Shown piece after piece: positions 40,257-54,699 of a DNA stretch of 64,000 nucleotides. The stretch is from Octopus vulgaris. Taxonomy: Eukaryota. The position numbers and the translations under genes were made by a program. The notes beneath the pieces are model-generated. The model searched no databases. It worked only from the letters and a program-made list of their open reading frames with translations, and was not told the DNA's origin. The DNA is taken from the NCBI GenBank assembly GCA_951406725.2, contig OX597816.1:80538001-80602000 (forward strand). The letters are read 5' to 3'. Numbering within the stretch: position 1 is the first letter of the stretch; each line of letters begins with the position of its first letter.

Positions 40257-41869
40257 GAAATACCTTTCACTCATGAACTTAGCGTCATTCATAACGTATT
40301 TTTTCTAAAATATTCTCGACCACATGGTGTTTGCTTATAAGATTACGCTTGATACAGATAATATATAAAACCCACCAATATCCATATCCACACTTCCATC
40401 GCTATGTGGGGTAATATCAGTGTACTTCTCATTTCACTTAGTTTCTGCAGTTATTTCAGGATGTTATTCGATGCTAAGGAAAACCTGATAGAACGTTACT
40501 TTTGGTTAATAGGCCTAATATTATATTTTTTTACCTATACATTAGGTTCTACATTGTGCTTGCCAAAGGTTGTCAAGACTTTGGTCTTGTTTGAACTTAC
40601 AGTTCGACCACAGAAATTGCACACTATTCTAACTTGCGTATCTTCTCTAAGTACTATAAAACCAGCATCGTCTGTATGTATGCGCGCGCACACACATACA
40701 CACACAAACACTCACAAATACACAAACGCACTCACACCCATGCACGCATACATACACACACGCATACATACATACATACATACATACAAACATACATACA
40801 TACATACATACATAAATTATGCCAACATAGCGATTTAAATATAATTGAAAATACACCAGCATATATCTTATTTATTATATGTATGTATATATGCATATAT
40901 GCGTGTATACATTTATGTATAAATGATAATCATACATTTAGTGTACAGAATAGAGAGAAAAATAATAAAGATAAAACTTATTTTTTTCTCTTCAGTGGAT
41001 CAAACGAAGAAGAGGTTTTGACACTTTCCTCTTCGTTTATGTTAATAATGTTATCTAACTTTGGCCGAAAATAGCAAATTGCTAGGACATACATATATTT
41101 AATTTAATTTAATTGACCATAGTACTTTACTGGTACTTATTTTACTGACCTTAGAAGGTTCAAATTATAGTCACATTTCGTGCTAGTTACAATCAAAGCG
41201 TGAATGAACATAAGTAAATATCAGAAGCCATTTTGTTAACTCGGTACTGAAATCTCCAACCATCTCTCTTCAATGACGTAAATAATGAATGAATTAACAT
41301 TGACAGGCATCTTCTTTGACTTTGTATATATGTTTCCTGCAAAGTTACTTGCATAAAATTATAAATTTATAAGTGTTGTAAATCATTATGATAAAGTATT
41401 TCTCAGACACACATTCAACATTGGTTCTATATAAATACAAATATTTTTATATGATGCTGAACACTCTTATGTGACTAAGAACAGAAATTAATAGCTCTTA
41501 TGTATTTCGTTTTATATGTTAAATATAAAGTGTGTTTCCGGTCTTATTTGCTGGATAAATGTCCGCTTCATTTTATTTAATTTGAAAATCATATAAATAT
41601 TGCAAGAAATATATTAATTATACACTTCGTTTGTGTACTCAAAATTGTGTACTTAAAATTCTACCCTGGATAAAGCAATCAATCACTCTATGTTTAATTC
41701 GCGCGATTTTGATCAAATAGTGTATCAGTCCACTGAAAGAATATGAGATTTTTTTCGGGTGCATCCATTCGTGGGTGACTGGTCAAATACGGTCGATAAG
41801 ATTCTTTCTAGTTAAATACAAGATAAGGCTTGAAAACAACCTTCTATTTCCAATAGCAACAGTAATAAG

Positions 41870-42030
41870 CATTTTTGGGGGCACAAGAAAAGGGGTTTGT
41901 CGATTACACCGACCCTATTCTTTACGTAGTACTTTATCGACTTCAGATATATATGTGGCAAAGTTGACCTCGGTGGGATTAGAACTAAGGAAACGGAAGA
42001 CTGGACACTCTAACGATTCTAGAAACTCAC
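41870..42030 (-). mobile_element. Degraded SINE family B copy
   Basis: ggcacaag...gtcgattacaccgaccc...ggcaaagttgacctcggtgggattagaact...taacgattct. Confidence 0.6.
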
Positions 42031-42549
42031 CACTTTTCGACCAGCAATTAACCAGTAAAACCACTGGTTAGTAGATCTTTCGGGTAGTAAATATTTACTC
42101 CTAGGTGGACTTGACGAGTGTGAGTTAAATATGTCCATGAGTACAGTGTAGTGCATCAGTGACGGAATACAAATTGTCGATAAGTTGTAACTCTTTCAAT
42201 AGATAGAAACAAATTTAAACGACGTGCCACAAGTACCAGGATGGAATTGTAGGATAACGAAGAAATAATCGAAAGAACAAACGTGGTTATGTACATAACC
42301 CTAATACAAATTTATTCACGTCAGAATGAAATGATATATTCAAAGACAGAAATACTGAGTTTGTTTTGCTGCTGCTGTTATTCTTGTTCACTTGTTGTTC
42401 TTTTTTAATACTTGTCTTTTTACCAGACAAAGTTTAGTTGAGACAACATGATTATATTGATTTTTTGGAGAGAAAATAATCAACGCCTCATTTGACTGGT
42501 CATAAACTGACACGATTTCATTTCAAAAAAAGTTAATTTGCCCTCCCCT

Positions 42550-42718
42550 TCTCTACTCCATCTATTATTTAATTATTTGTTCAAAGGACAAGAGCAAATA
42601 TTTCCTTCGTGACATATTGCAAAATTTCGATTTTAATATTCAACAGTTTCAAATTTTGTTCGATATGATTCCAGACAAATAAAAAACATCTGGTATTCAA
42701 ATAATTTATTCCTAAGTT
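42550..42718 (-). repeat. Long-range inverted repeat, right arm
   Basis: Reverse complement of 39257-39426. Confidence 0.95.
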
Positions 42719-45700
42719 AGCCTCACATTATCATAGGATGGGGGTAAAAACGACTGAGTGGCTCATGCTTTGTGAGGGTCATTAATATCTTAAAAGAAGT
42801 TAAATTTTCTTGCGATCAGGAAAGGAATGCAGATATTGAACTCAGTTTGGAGAAAAAGTATCATAATACGGCTCAAAACTATAAATCCACAGTGGTAGAT
42901 TGAATGAGAATTAGTGTGTTTCAAAGAAAAGCACTATATACCCTGACTGAATATAATCATCTAATTGCTGAATAAGCTTGTAGACTTTTAGATATTTTTT
43001 AAAGAGCAATACCAGCGTAGGTGAAGTGTAATGACTACACAAAGTATGACAATAAACTCACAATCTACGACACTCGCCACAAAGAGGCTGATGTTTAACT
43101 GATGTACAGACAGACATATCCAAAATGGATATAAGAAAAAAATGGATTTTCACTTACATGTAACTGAAAGAAGTTAATTGGCTATAACCATGTTTAGAAA
43201 CCGGCTCGCCGTCTACGGTACTAGACATAGATAAGCCTAGAGTTCTCATTTACTTGTTGATCAAGATTGTTCTACAACTAGAACCACTATCTTCATTCCT
43301 TCCTCAAGAGCATAATTTAAGTGTAGTGGAATGACTTCAACTATGAATTGAAATTAAGTGATGGTCACGGTTCGTTGGATTCGGTATTTCACAGTCTACA
43401 GCTACACGCTATATTTGCTTCAACGGACCTGACAATGAGAGCAAATGCAATCTCTCGAAAGGGAACAATGTACACACATATTATTATCATTATCACTATC
43501 AAGCACAAAAGTTATCCATATTATTTTTGTTTCTTTTACACTCACATTTACTTTCTCTCTCCCTCCCCTCAGTCACACACCTATACATATATGTACTGAC
43601 AACTCTACGGAGCTAACGAGAGTTTCTGTATGTGGTAACCAAACCCGTTAGAAATAGTAACCAAATCTTCTTGAAATTACATTGCTTCCTCTTTTAAAAA
43701 AATTGGACGATGTGATTCTGGGTATATTACACAGGAAAACAAAACGAGAGCTTCAAAGCATTTTATAATAGCCCTGTTTTATGAGGGATGAGCAGGAGAA
43801 ATAAAACAAAAATTCTGCGCTATCTTCTATTCCTACTAATCTCTACAAACTGTGGTATGATGAATTATTGCAATTTAATAATTATTTAGATCTGGCTGTT
43901 CTCTTATCGGTATTTGCAATATTTAAACACCATGCAAACACTTCAGAAATGATCCACAGTCGCAACAACAACAACAACAACAATGATCACGACGATGATG
44001 ACAACAACAACGACAGAAACAACAACAGTTACAGCAACAATGACGAAGACGACAATGACTACAAAACGACAACGATGCAGTAGCAGGAAAATGGTTTGTG
44101 GATCATACATCGTCATTTTGCTGACTATTTTCATAACATAGGTTTGCTTAGATAAAGGGTGTCTAAGCAACACAATGGCGGTAGCAGCACGGGTTCAGCA
44201 GCAGTATTATATCAATGGAAGAACAGAAATCGCATTTGCTGACATGATTTGGAAGAAATTCTTCGGACTACTTCTAATTGTGTCTTCTCTTGATTTCAAC
44301 TTTTGATTTATAGCTTAATATTTGCTATACCGTCAATATCGATTTTTACGTTTTTAATGGAGAGAAACGAGCAGCAGCAAGTCGTCAAAATCTTTGTCCA
44401 CTTGCTGTTGTCATTACTGCTGCTGCTGCTTCGAAATTCTATATATCAGACCTGATTCAGTAGACTTTACAGCTTTACATGTGGATGATCAGCTTCATAA
44501 GGCCTAGTAGATATTTAACTGCTCTCGATGGTATTGCATCATATCAGACACATTAATGCATGTAAGCTATTTTGTAAAGAGGTACTGCAGATTACAAACA
44601 AATTACCACTGTGAACAGTGGTAACAAGGTAAATATGAAGAGAGCTTTGCTAGCGAGCTGGTTAGTCATTAATAAGATAAATATTTGTATTTAACATTTA
44701 TCTCTCCCTGGGACTTTGTTCACACATATGACTAAAACACTGAGTCTAACGTCAATCGAACCGATTGAAAAATTGTGTATATGTAAATAGATAAAAAAAA
44801 TATACATTTTAAAGTTTATCATAACCTTATAAACTTTTTGCAATTGCATCTTGACTACAATGAGAAAGATTAAATTTATTGGCTACACATATATTATAAC
44901 ACCCGCAGGATGACGACAAATATCCGATTTTAAAATTGCTGTTGTCACAATCTCTTTCTATCTCTAATTTTATTGTTCTTCTCATATAACGGTATCTGCA
45001 ATCTTTTACATGTTGTCTGTACTATCTTTCCTCTAGTTTTACTATATGTTAGATTAATTCCTTAAACAAATTTTATTCAACAGAAATGTATCTTAGGTGT
45101 AGAGAGGTATTTGGTTGTCTCTTCTCTATTGGAAACACACAATGACATTAATAGTTGGGGAGCTCTTATTAGAAATATTAAGCTGTCTGTATTTTATTCA
45201 CAAAGACATTTCAAATTATAATTCACATCATCATGAATTACCTAGTGAAAGTGTGCTTTACAACAAAATATAAACCACGACACTCATCTAAATAAAACCC
45301 TCGTGCAAATTCAATTTGCAGTACAAAATGTACTTCACTTAAGCTGTTAATGAAAGTTGGGATTGTAAAAAAGTTACCAGATTCCCACCATCAATTCTGC
45401 TAAAATATTTAGCTTTTCTCCATAGAAATTGTTAACTTGTGCGAGTATAGTAAGATAATCGACAATACTAGTGTCCCACCACGTATGGGTTTCACGCCAC
45501 CATCTGTCTTCTCTCTCCGCTACATATCTTTTAGTGATTTAGCTATGTACAAAATCAGTGTTTTGAAAGAACTTATGAAGAATACAATGATGCTGTTTTT
45601 ATTATGATATAGTGAAATATTACTGAGAAACGCGCAAATGTCCCAACATGGATTTCTCTGTGCTGTAACTGAATTCAGACAAATGCATAAGTTTACATAT

Positions 45701-48370
45701 TTTAGGAGCAGTACAGTCGATATATTCAGCTTCAGGATTTGGCTGATACTTATTTTACCAAACCCAAACGAATTGCAAGCGAACATCTTCAACACCACAA
45801 TCGATAGCTACGCGATCGAAGAGACAGGCAATTTTTATATAACCAAACAAGAGTTTGGAAAAAATTAAGAAACTTCTATTCTCCGAAATTATAAAACTGA
45901 GTCAAAGAAAAAGTAATTTTCCTTGAGAAATGCATGAACGTTGCAGTGTTTGAGTATTCTATTCTTTCCTTATGTTATAAATGTGAAGCTTTATGGTGAA
46001 TCAATAATATGGCTATTGTTTTCTGCACATCCCAAGATCCAAGATGTAATTGGTTAGATAGTTAGATGCTCATTTTGTGTTAATATTCTTTCGGGAGAGA
46101 ATCTTATCGCAAATGGCTGAAATTCCACGGGTTTAATAATCATTCTTGAGATACTTCAAAGCATCTAATTATATTACAACAGCGTAATGATTAAACAAAC
46201 AGCCACAAACTTTGCCAACTAATTCGAAACGTGATATATACATTGACAGGATTGGATTTTCTTTGCCAACCATTAGCAATATTGATTTCGTTTCTTTTGG
46301 ACTAGACACAATTGTATTATATTTTAGGAGGCGAAAGGAAGAGATGGGAATATGCATGTCCAGGCCTATTTCAGAAATGGTATTAACTATTTAAGTGAAG
46401 TCAAATGTCTTCCACCAGAGATTAAATCATGAGGTCAACAGTGTGTCCGATGCTTCTTGATCTACTATTTTCATCTGCTCTTAGGAATATTGCCCTAACC
46501 AGTGCCATATGGTGGAGAGGTAAAATACTAGACTGCATATCTAAAAACCTTTTGTTATTAATTCCTTCCAACTACGTTCTGAATACTAATCTCATTGAGT
46601 CGTATCTCCTTGGATTTGCTTTCATCTGTCTAGACTGGATGAAATGCACAACATACAACAGAATCAATTCAAAATTTACTCCGCCGACGAACATTGTTGA
46701 ATCTTTGTAAGGGATCAATATATATTTTGTGAAGACCAAAATTTACTTAATACTAAACATAAAAGGAAACCAAACCTGAATGCTGTTCATCCTTTAGAGC
46801 TGGTTGAACTTAGTCGTTGATAGGAAAGTTTGTAAATGGATGCAATGCAGTGTCAATAATACACTGGAACTGGCAAAACTTAAGATGGGGCTTAGACACT
46901 TATTCCATTTTCAGAGTAAATTTAGCTCAGCGTATACACTACCTGGTTAACTGACCATAGGTCATGTATTCAGATTCACTGATGGCATTCTGATATTTTT
47001 GAATAGTTATATATGATGCAGAATGTAATATATTATATACTGAATGAGTTACTATATTAGAATGAAACCCTTTATACTACAGAGAAGTTACAAATATATT
47101 TTAGTAACTATAGAAGGTGCCAGATTTCTTATCAACGTTTAACTTTGAAAAATATTATAAAGCCTATCTCAAACAGTGGTTTGTTAGCATCTTATATAGA
47201 TCTTATATAGGCGCATAGTGCATAAATGGACACACCCAGATCGTAGCAAGCGAAAATCGTATGTGATGGGCGCTGGAACTCCCGTGTGATGGGATTTCAT
47301 TCTAATGGGAATCATCAGTGGAAGGCGTCTGATCACTGCCAGCAAGTCAAATCTCGCTGCTACGATATATAGAATATCAGTATCTTTTCAAACACTGATG
47401 TTCGGCACCCTTGACAGACAATTTTATGTATGTTATTATGTACTATGCACCTATATGAGGTTAACAATGGAGTATTCGGTATAGCTTATATATATATATA
47501 TATATATATATGCGTGTGTGTGTGTATATATATATATATAAATACACACGCGCGCGCGCATATGCATATATATATATCAGCTCACCTGAATTCGAAACAT
47601 CAAACATCCTTTACTGAGCATTTGCAATGTTTTTGATATGTTAAGTGAAATGAATAATTCAGTATTCAATAGCTTTTCCAGAAGAACAATGCAATAAACG
47701 AGCATATTCAAACCTGTTACCAATGAGACTTAACCTAAGAACATTTCTGCTTCGATATTTCACCTCTGCGTACAATTACTATAAGCAGAAAATATAGCTC
47801 AAATTTCCCATAGAAAAATATTCAATAATAAACATGATTCTCGAAAGCAAGTTTTGCAGATTTAATACATGCTGTTAAAAAACAAAAATACAAACAAACC
47901 GGGAGTGTCATACTTTAGAATATAAAAACGATAAATAAAAGTGTTAAAACACACGGTTGTATATATATATTTCTTTTTTAAACATTCTTGTTTTTTGTTT
48001 TGTTTTTTGGGGGAGGGATGCAATGGGTGGTAAATATACATTATATTTTGTTAAGTATTTAAAAGAATTTTGAATCGTCATAGCGCAAGACAGTTAAGAC
48101 AGAGTGTTATCTTCTTGAACATTCAACTATGTTAATATATAAATTAATAGAGAAGGATTGAGAAATAAACAACATAGATATAAAATACTGTTCACAGGTA
48201 AATGAAGCCAAACAAATATGAAGCGTATGACTGGAGAATATTACACTTGACTCAAAGCAATAATAAGTGAGATGACATTCAAGCTAAGCAAACGCCGTGT
48301 TTTGTCGTACGGAACGTAACACACAACAGAGATTAAAAATGGCAATTTGACAACATAAGGTGTAATACAT

Positions 48371-48410
<40 letters not shown>

Positions 48411-48518
48411 ATGTATGTGTGTATACATAAAAATATTAAGAAAATTATGCATATTTATAAATCAAATTTTACATATGAACATGCACACATTTACACAAAA
48501 ATACTTTAATTATTTATA

Positions 48519-48567
<49 letters not shown>

Positions 48568-49619
48568 ATGCAGAAATTACCAACACAAATATATAAATTA
48601 AAGTATAAAATATACACATTATTAATATATTCAGCTAGGTGTAATATGAAATATATGTACATACACAATAAATTTATATGCATTTATATGTATATAAACA
48701 TATGTACATATACATTTATAAATATATATATATTTATATATGCATACATATATTCATATACGAGTATGTGCATGTTTATGTATATTCATACACACACATA
48801 CAACAGGTACCAGATGTCTGAGGAACAAAAATGATGTAACATACCTTCCTCGATGTCGACACTTGGTGGCGCTTGAGGAGGTTTCCTTCTCCTACTAGGA
48901 TCAAAAATGTATTCGTATAGCAAGCCCGCTGTAATGCCACCTCCAAAAGGACCGACCCAGTATATCTGAAATACACGAAAACAGAAATATCATGCATTTT
49001 ACTATTACAAAAACACCATATATGTAAATATGCAGAAATAAACAAATGCAGCACTCATTTAAATTCCGCCTAGATTTGTACTAGGTAAGTTTCAGCTTCG
49101 TTTAGATTTTATAGAACTCGATGACGTTATGCTTTTTTTCTTTTATTCATCAACGCGCATTACATACACGTATGCATTCATACATATATACATACATAAA
49201 TAAGTAGACCAGAGATGTACATATATATATGAAAGTGTACATAGGGAATAATACTATATTTGTTCGACGTCCTCGCCATGTTGTGTTTTTTGTGTTTTCT
49301 TGTTTGGATTAACTTTATATATATATACAAGATAAAATAAAGAGACGTACTCTCACGTTCTAATATCACACAGATACAGACCCAAAACCAGTAATACATT
49401 GCTACATCATTTACACATACACAGTTATTGCCAGTCAATCATAGATACATGCATATACTCACACACACACATACACACACCACATGCAAATATATAAGTA
49501 TAAGTTCATATATTTCCAAATACAAAGAAAACGTATATGCACTCATTTATACAAACATACATAAAAAGAAATAATTGCATAAATAAACCCATAAATAGAT
49601 GTATACATGTAATGGTATA

Positions 49620-50220
49620 AATACACAAAATATCTGATGTACAATGAAAGGAAGTTATGCAGGCAAGACACTTAGATGTGACAACCGAAGCAGACTCAGT
49701 TGAATTAACACCGAAGATGTGACACACATCGTAAGCAGCTCCACGATAATGTTATCATGACACTCTATGTATGAGGCATGACATAGTAGCAAAATCATTT
49801 CACACTAGATTCCAGAGATAGGATAATTCGGGAGATCAAAAAAAGTTACAGCAATCTAGAAAGCACACTTCATCGTAACATCAAAGAATATTGGTAAATA
49901 TGCAAAATGTAGGCACAACAGACCAGATAATTGTTACGGATTAAGAAATGAATGTACGCACACTCGTAAAAATCTGTTGTCCAGTAACCGTTATCGAAAA
50001 TAAAAAAAGATAAAGAAAAGACAATACTCAAAACTAACGAGAAATATGCAGATATAACCTCCGGAGTATTATACCTGTGATTACTGAGGCAGTTAGTTAT
50101 AGAACTAATTGCCTGCGTGACAATCTTAAGAAGCTAGACATCGCAAAAACCAAACAGTATAGCAATTAGAAGACATTTAATGAAACTCTGAAATTATGTA
50201 AAATATTCCACTTGAGAACA
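49620..50220 (+). mobile_element. Old RLE-LINE (R4/Dong-like) C-terminal relic
   Basis: aggcacaacagaccagat gives RHNRPD (~49911) and atacctgtgatt gives IPVI (~50071), in the same order as the RLE domains at 16630-16830. Heavily decayed. Confidence 0.55.
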
Positions 50221-50581
50221 AAGTAGTTACTCACACACACACACGTACATAGAGGCATAGTGTCACTGTCGTAATAATTTAAATTATCTATAGACCATAC
50301 TTTCCTCGATTCTTTTTTTGAAACAGTGAAACTCGAAGCATTTATTTACTAAAACAGAAAAGGAAATACGAAGGTTTGCTTTAGTTCAATAGTAGAACGT
50401 CTGTCACGTTGACTTTTTGCATCCAAAGGGTTTTTACACACGCTATCATTCACCACTCAAGAAGAATATTATATCCGCACACACACACACCTGCCTACTC
50501 CCCACCATATATAAAAGAATTTTTGCGTAATGAGATAAGAAACCAAGGCTGTGTAGATATTAGAACATTTATAGATAGAAG

Positions 50582-50633
50582 GTCTTACAGGTGTTTCCAG
50601 GATATTTATTAATTATATCCCTTCATCGGAGAC
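50582..50633 (-). ncRNA. Minimal hammerhead ribozyme, CCGAUGA core
   Basis: gtct-CCGATGA-a gggatat aattaataa atatcct g-GAAA-CACCT-GTA-agac. Stem I is 4 bp, stem II 7 bp, stem III (ACACCTGT) is near-palindromic, and the GUA site is present. Confidence 0.7.
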
Positions 50634-51658
50634 GTTGTGAGAGGATGATTAAGTAATAGATAGTTTATATAGGATAGAAAATAGACAGTGAGGTGCTGGA
50701 AAGAAAATAGATGTGAGATATGAGTTGTAGATCCATTTTTTAGGCAGAATGCTATATATGTAAGATTCCAATGCCTAATATATATATATATACAAAAAGA
50801 GAGAGGGAGAGAGAGAAAGAAAGAGAGAGCGAGAGAAAGATAAAAGAAAGAAAGAAAAAAACAAACAAGCAAAGAAAAAAGAAAGACAAATATATGTACA
50901 TGTACTCATACATACGTGAACTTACTGATTCGAACATTCAATGACATGCACGGATGTACGCATATAACCAGCATTACTGAGTAGTCGTTGCTAAGTTCCA
51001 ATAAAAGAGCTTTGTTTCTGGGTTAGAAATTTGTTCTTTTTCTATTGGTGAATTTTTTGGAATTAAACCACATCATACACTCACACACATAGTAAATCCA
51101 TACTTAAATAATACAGTTGTACATACATAAACACACATACGTATTTACACGTATGCATGTATGTACATGTAATACTTAATACATACAACCGTACATATTC
51201 CATGCATACATATACATACATTGATACGCGTCTATATATATATATGTGTGTGTGTGTATGTGTGTGTGTATGTATGTATATGTATGTGTGTCTGTGTATA
51301 TGTATGTAAGCATGTGTATGCATGTATACATGTGTACACACAGATAGATTCAATGTGTTTGCATACATACATACATACATACATACATGCATACAAGTGG
51401 AGAGGTAACAAGGTGAACAATAAATACAAATATTATAAAAATATACTTGCTCCGACTTATTTCAAACATGGAAAACTTTCATAGAAATCAGATTGAAAAT
51501 TTATTTTTACTAGTATTAAGATTTCAAAAGAATCACGAAATAAATTCTATTGGTTATTGGATTTAAATTTATTTCCTTATTTTCTATTTTCATTGGCTGT
51601 GAAAAGGATTAAGATATTACTGGCTTGCTTCAAAGCTGCTTTATCCTCTTCTACTGAG

Positions 51659-51726
<68 letters not shown>

Positions 51727-52689
51727 CATTATTACTATTATTATTAGTTTCAGTATTAGTATTATGTAAGGAAACAACATCATCATCATCATCGTCATTC
51801 GTCTTCATCATCATCACCATCATCATCATTAAGATCATCAACCTCATCATCATTATCACTGTAGAATCTATCAGTTTAAGTATTTATTTCATTTCTTTCC
51901 CTTTCATTGTTCCACAATATTTTGAAAATCGTATCAATAAATAGATTAGAAATTATCTCCAAATCGAATTCTTACATTAAGCACGTATACCCACACACAC
52001 ACTCACACACAAGCACACACACAAGCATACACACACACGCACGCTCACAGTCGAACACGTACACACACACACATATGTACGCATGTACGTATGCATGTGT
52101 AGATATATATACGTATTTATAAATGCATTTATATATAGTTCTTTACATACATGTATATAAATATATATGCATACATATATACAAACATTAATGGATGCAT
52201 CTATATATTCTACTTTTACCCATACATTTTCAAAGGTAACTATACATTTATAGAGATGCAAATGCTCACCCGCATACGTGTCTGCAAATCTTTATATATT
52301 TCAGGCTTTAATATTATATGCATAACCGTAATATCGAGCCAATATGATCAATTTAAAAAAAAAAACTAAGAGCACAAAGATCAGACTTAGATTTTCATCA
52401 AAAATCATCGCAACAAATACTGAGAAAGAATATGGAATATAACTACGATAAAGTCAATGGTAATTATAAAGTGGTGAGCAATATTTTTAAAATATTTGTC
52501 ATAATCATAAACCAACTGCATTTTCTGTCAGGATTAGTTGCTATGCATGCAAAATGCATTTTTCTACTCTTTTCAAACATTTCTGCATACCTACGGATCT
52601 ATATATCTTTCTTTTATTCTTTTATTCCTTTCCTGGTTTAAGTCAGAGGCTGCGGCCATGCTGGAGCACCGCTTTTCAGTGTTTTCAGG

Positions 52690-53390
52690 GTCTCCTTTCG
52701 GTACTCTTTTTGGTGAAGAAGCGAGTTGGACGAAGCTTCTCTTCTTTGTTCCTCCTGCTCTGATGTGGACTTATCTGGGATTTCAGAGACAAGTTTGCCC
52801 AGGTGCTTTTTGGACGTTTCCACTTTCTACCTCTTGTAGATCTCTTAGGTTCTTTGGTAGAATGTTAAACAGTTGCAATCTACTGAAACTCAAGCCGTTG
52901 CAATACTGGACTCTCATGTGATGAAGAAGACGGTATCTTTAGTACTATGTAGTTGCGTCCAGTTCGGTAGTTGGTATAGCTATTAAGTCCAAAGTTGGGA
53001 GCTAGACTTTCCAGGATCTTTCATATGTATATCATTGCATTCCTTCTTCTAGCCTCTCCCAGTAGCTCCTCTCTTTCACAGAATCAATATTGTTTGTGCA
53101 GTAGAGCTGTATTGCCTCAAATTCCGTCACCAATTTGGCGCTCTGCAGCGACTATAGTTGGGAGCAGGAATCCAGACGACTGAGGACAAATGTCCCCTAT
53201 AAGAGAAGCAAGGTACCCTTATTTCATGTTCTGAATGATCAAGGGATCCATCCAGCTACTCGTCTGTACAGTATTGCTATCTCGGCAATATGCACATGGA
53301 ATGTTGCATTACTACTCATATGGATTATCAGGTCACGCAACAATTCTAACTCTGGGATTGCATTTCCCCCTGGCCCTATGTATTCCGATT
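52690..53390 (-). mobile_element. Decayed CR1/L2-type LINE 3' part
   Basis: The minus strand at ~53200-53105 reads GTFVLSRLDSCSQL*SLQSAKLVTEFEAIQ (LDYC..W motif), homologous to 29888-29990. Confidence 0.7.
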
Positions 53391-53424
53391 GTAGCCTGTT
53401 TGTGTGTATGTGTGTGTATGTGTG

Positions 53425-53492
53425 TGTGTGTGTGCACGTGTGTGTGCACGTGTGTGTGCACGTGTGTGTGCACGTGTGTGTGCACGTGTGTG
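53425..53492. repeat. 12-bp tandem repeat (GTGCACGTGTGT)x5
   Basis: Directly visible inside a (GT)n tract. Confidence 0.9.
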
Positions 53493-53505
53493 TTTGTGCG
53501 CGCGC

Positions 53506-53559
<54 letters not shown>

Positions 53560-54099
53560 TTATACACACATAGCTTTAAATAGATATAGAAATATATAAA
53601 TACAGAATGCTGGAAACGAGAGTAATTGGAGAAATTAATCAATATGCACAAACGAAACTGCAATATAGCAGTTATTACCCACATTTCAATTATCGAAGGA
53701 ATTACACCATACAGTATTTTCTTTGCTTATATTTCTGCTGATGAAATTTATTTTTCTTCCCTATGTAATATATCCTATATAATATCCTATATAATATCCA
53801 AATGATGAGTAATGCTTTTATATGATTCTTTGTCACAGAATAAAATGGATGTCTGCTAACTAATTTTATTAACTAATATTTGGGAGCACTGGCAATTTAT
53901 AAACTTTATATTAATATAAAGCCAAACCTCATTAGATTTACTACAACGGCTGCATTAATATATGCCAGCATGTAGAGTTATATGTAACAAATTAACGATA
54001 CTTGGATTCTAATCATTTTATTTTTGATGAATTCCTACTAAAGAGTATTCAATACAAAGTGATTAATACTTTTCAAAATGCATATAATCACTGTAAATT

Positions 54100-54600
54100 T
54101 CTGGAGTGAACTTTCTTCTAATGCAAGTCCAAGTATACATTGCTTTCGACTCACAAAGTTCAACCCCGTCATACAATCCCAAGTAATATGCAGTCACTAA
54201 GTTTAACACAAAATAATTCTTGTATAATAGCAAAGAGTTCCTCGCGTGTATAATAAAATTAATGTCAGAATTATTATGTCACTCGAGTTCTAAAGCTTTC
54301 TTAGGAAGAGATTTCATTCCACGCATTTCATGCAGCAAAACTGGACCAAGGTGCTTATTAGCTATATCACTTAAGCACTTGCTGGTAAATAAACTCTTAT
54401 TCTATAACGCAAGAAAAGTGCCATGTCTAATGTCTAAGACGCTGGTATCTAATGTTATTTTATTGACCATACCTATTTCCCTTATTACCGGATTTACTAA
54501 TCCATAGACTACGTGGCAAGAAAATTATAAGCATGATCGTTGAAAGTAATGTCCAGTTTAGGTAATAGTAAATATTATGTATCGTCTGTTTTAGGCCAAT
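54100..54600 (-). mobile_element. Possible pogo/Tigger DDE transposase relic
   Basis: Minus-strand fragments MD...IRYQR and AA*NAWNEIS resemble the QPMD...K..Y and AW..I C-terminal motifs; many stops. Confidence 0.35.
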
Positions 54601-54699
54601 AATTATTACTTTTGCTTCTAAATTAGTGACATTGAAATATCGTTATAAAGTTGCCTTGGACGGGCTAAAATGAGTTTCAGATATATTCTTGGTTTTGTC

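Noticed and set aside
44095-44145. Signal-peptide-like MVCGSYIVILLTIFIT
   Set aside because: It ends in an in-frame TAG before any usable donor; there is no supporting exon structure.
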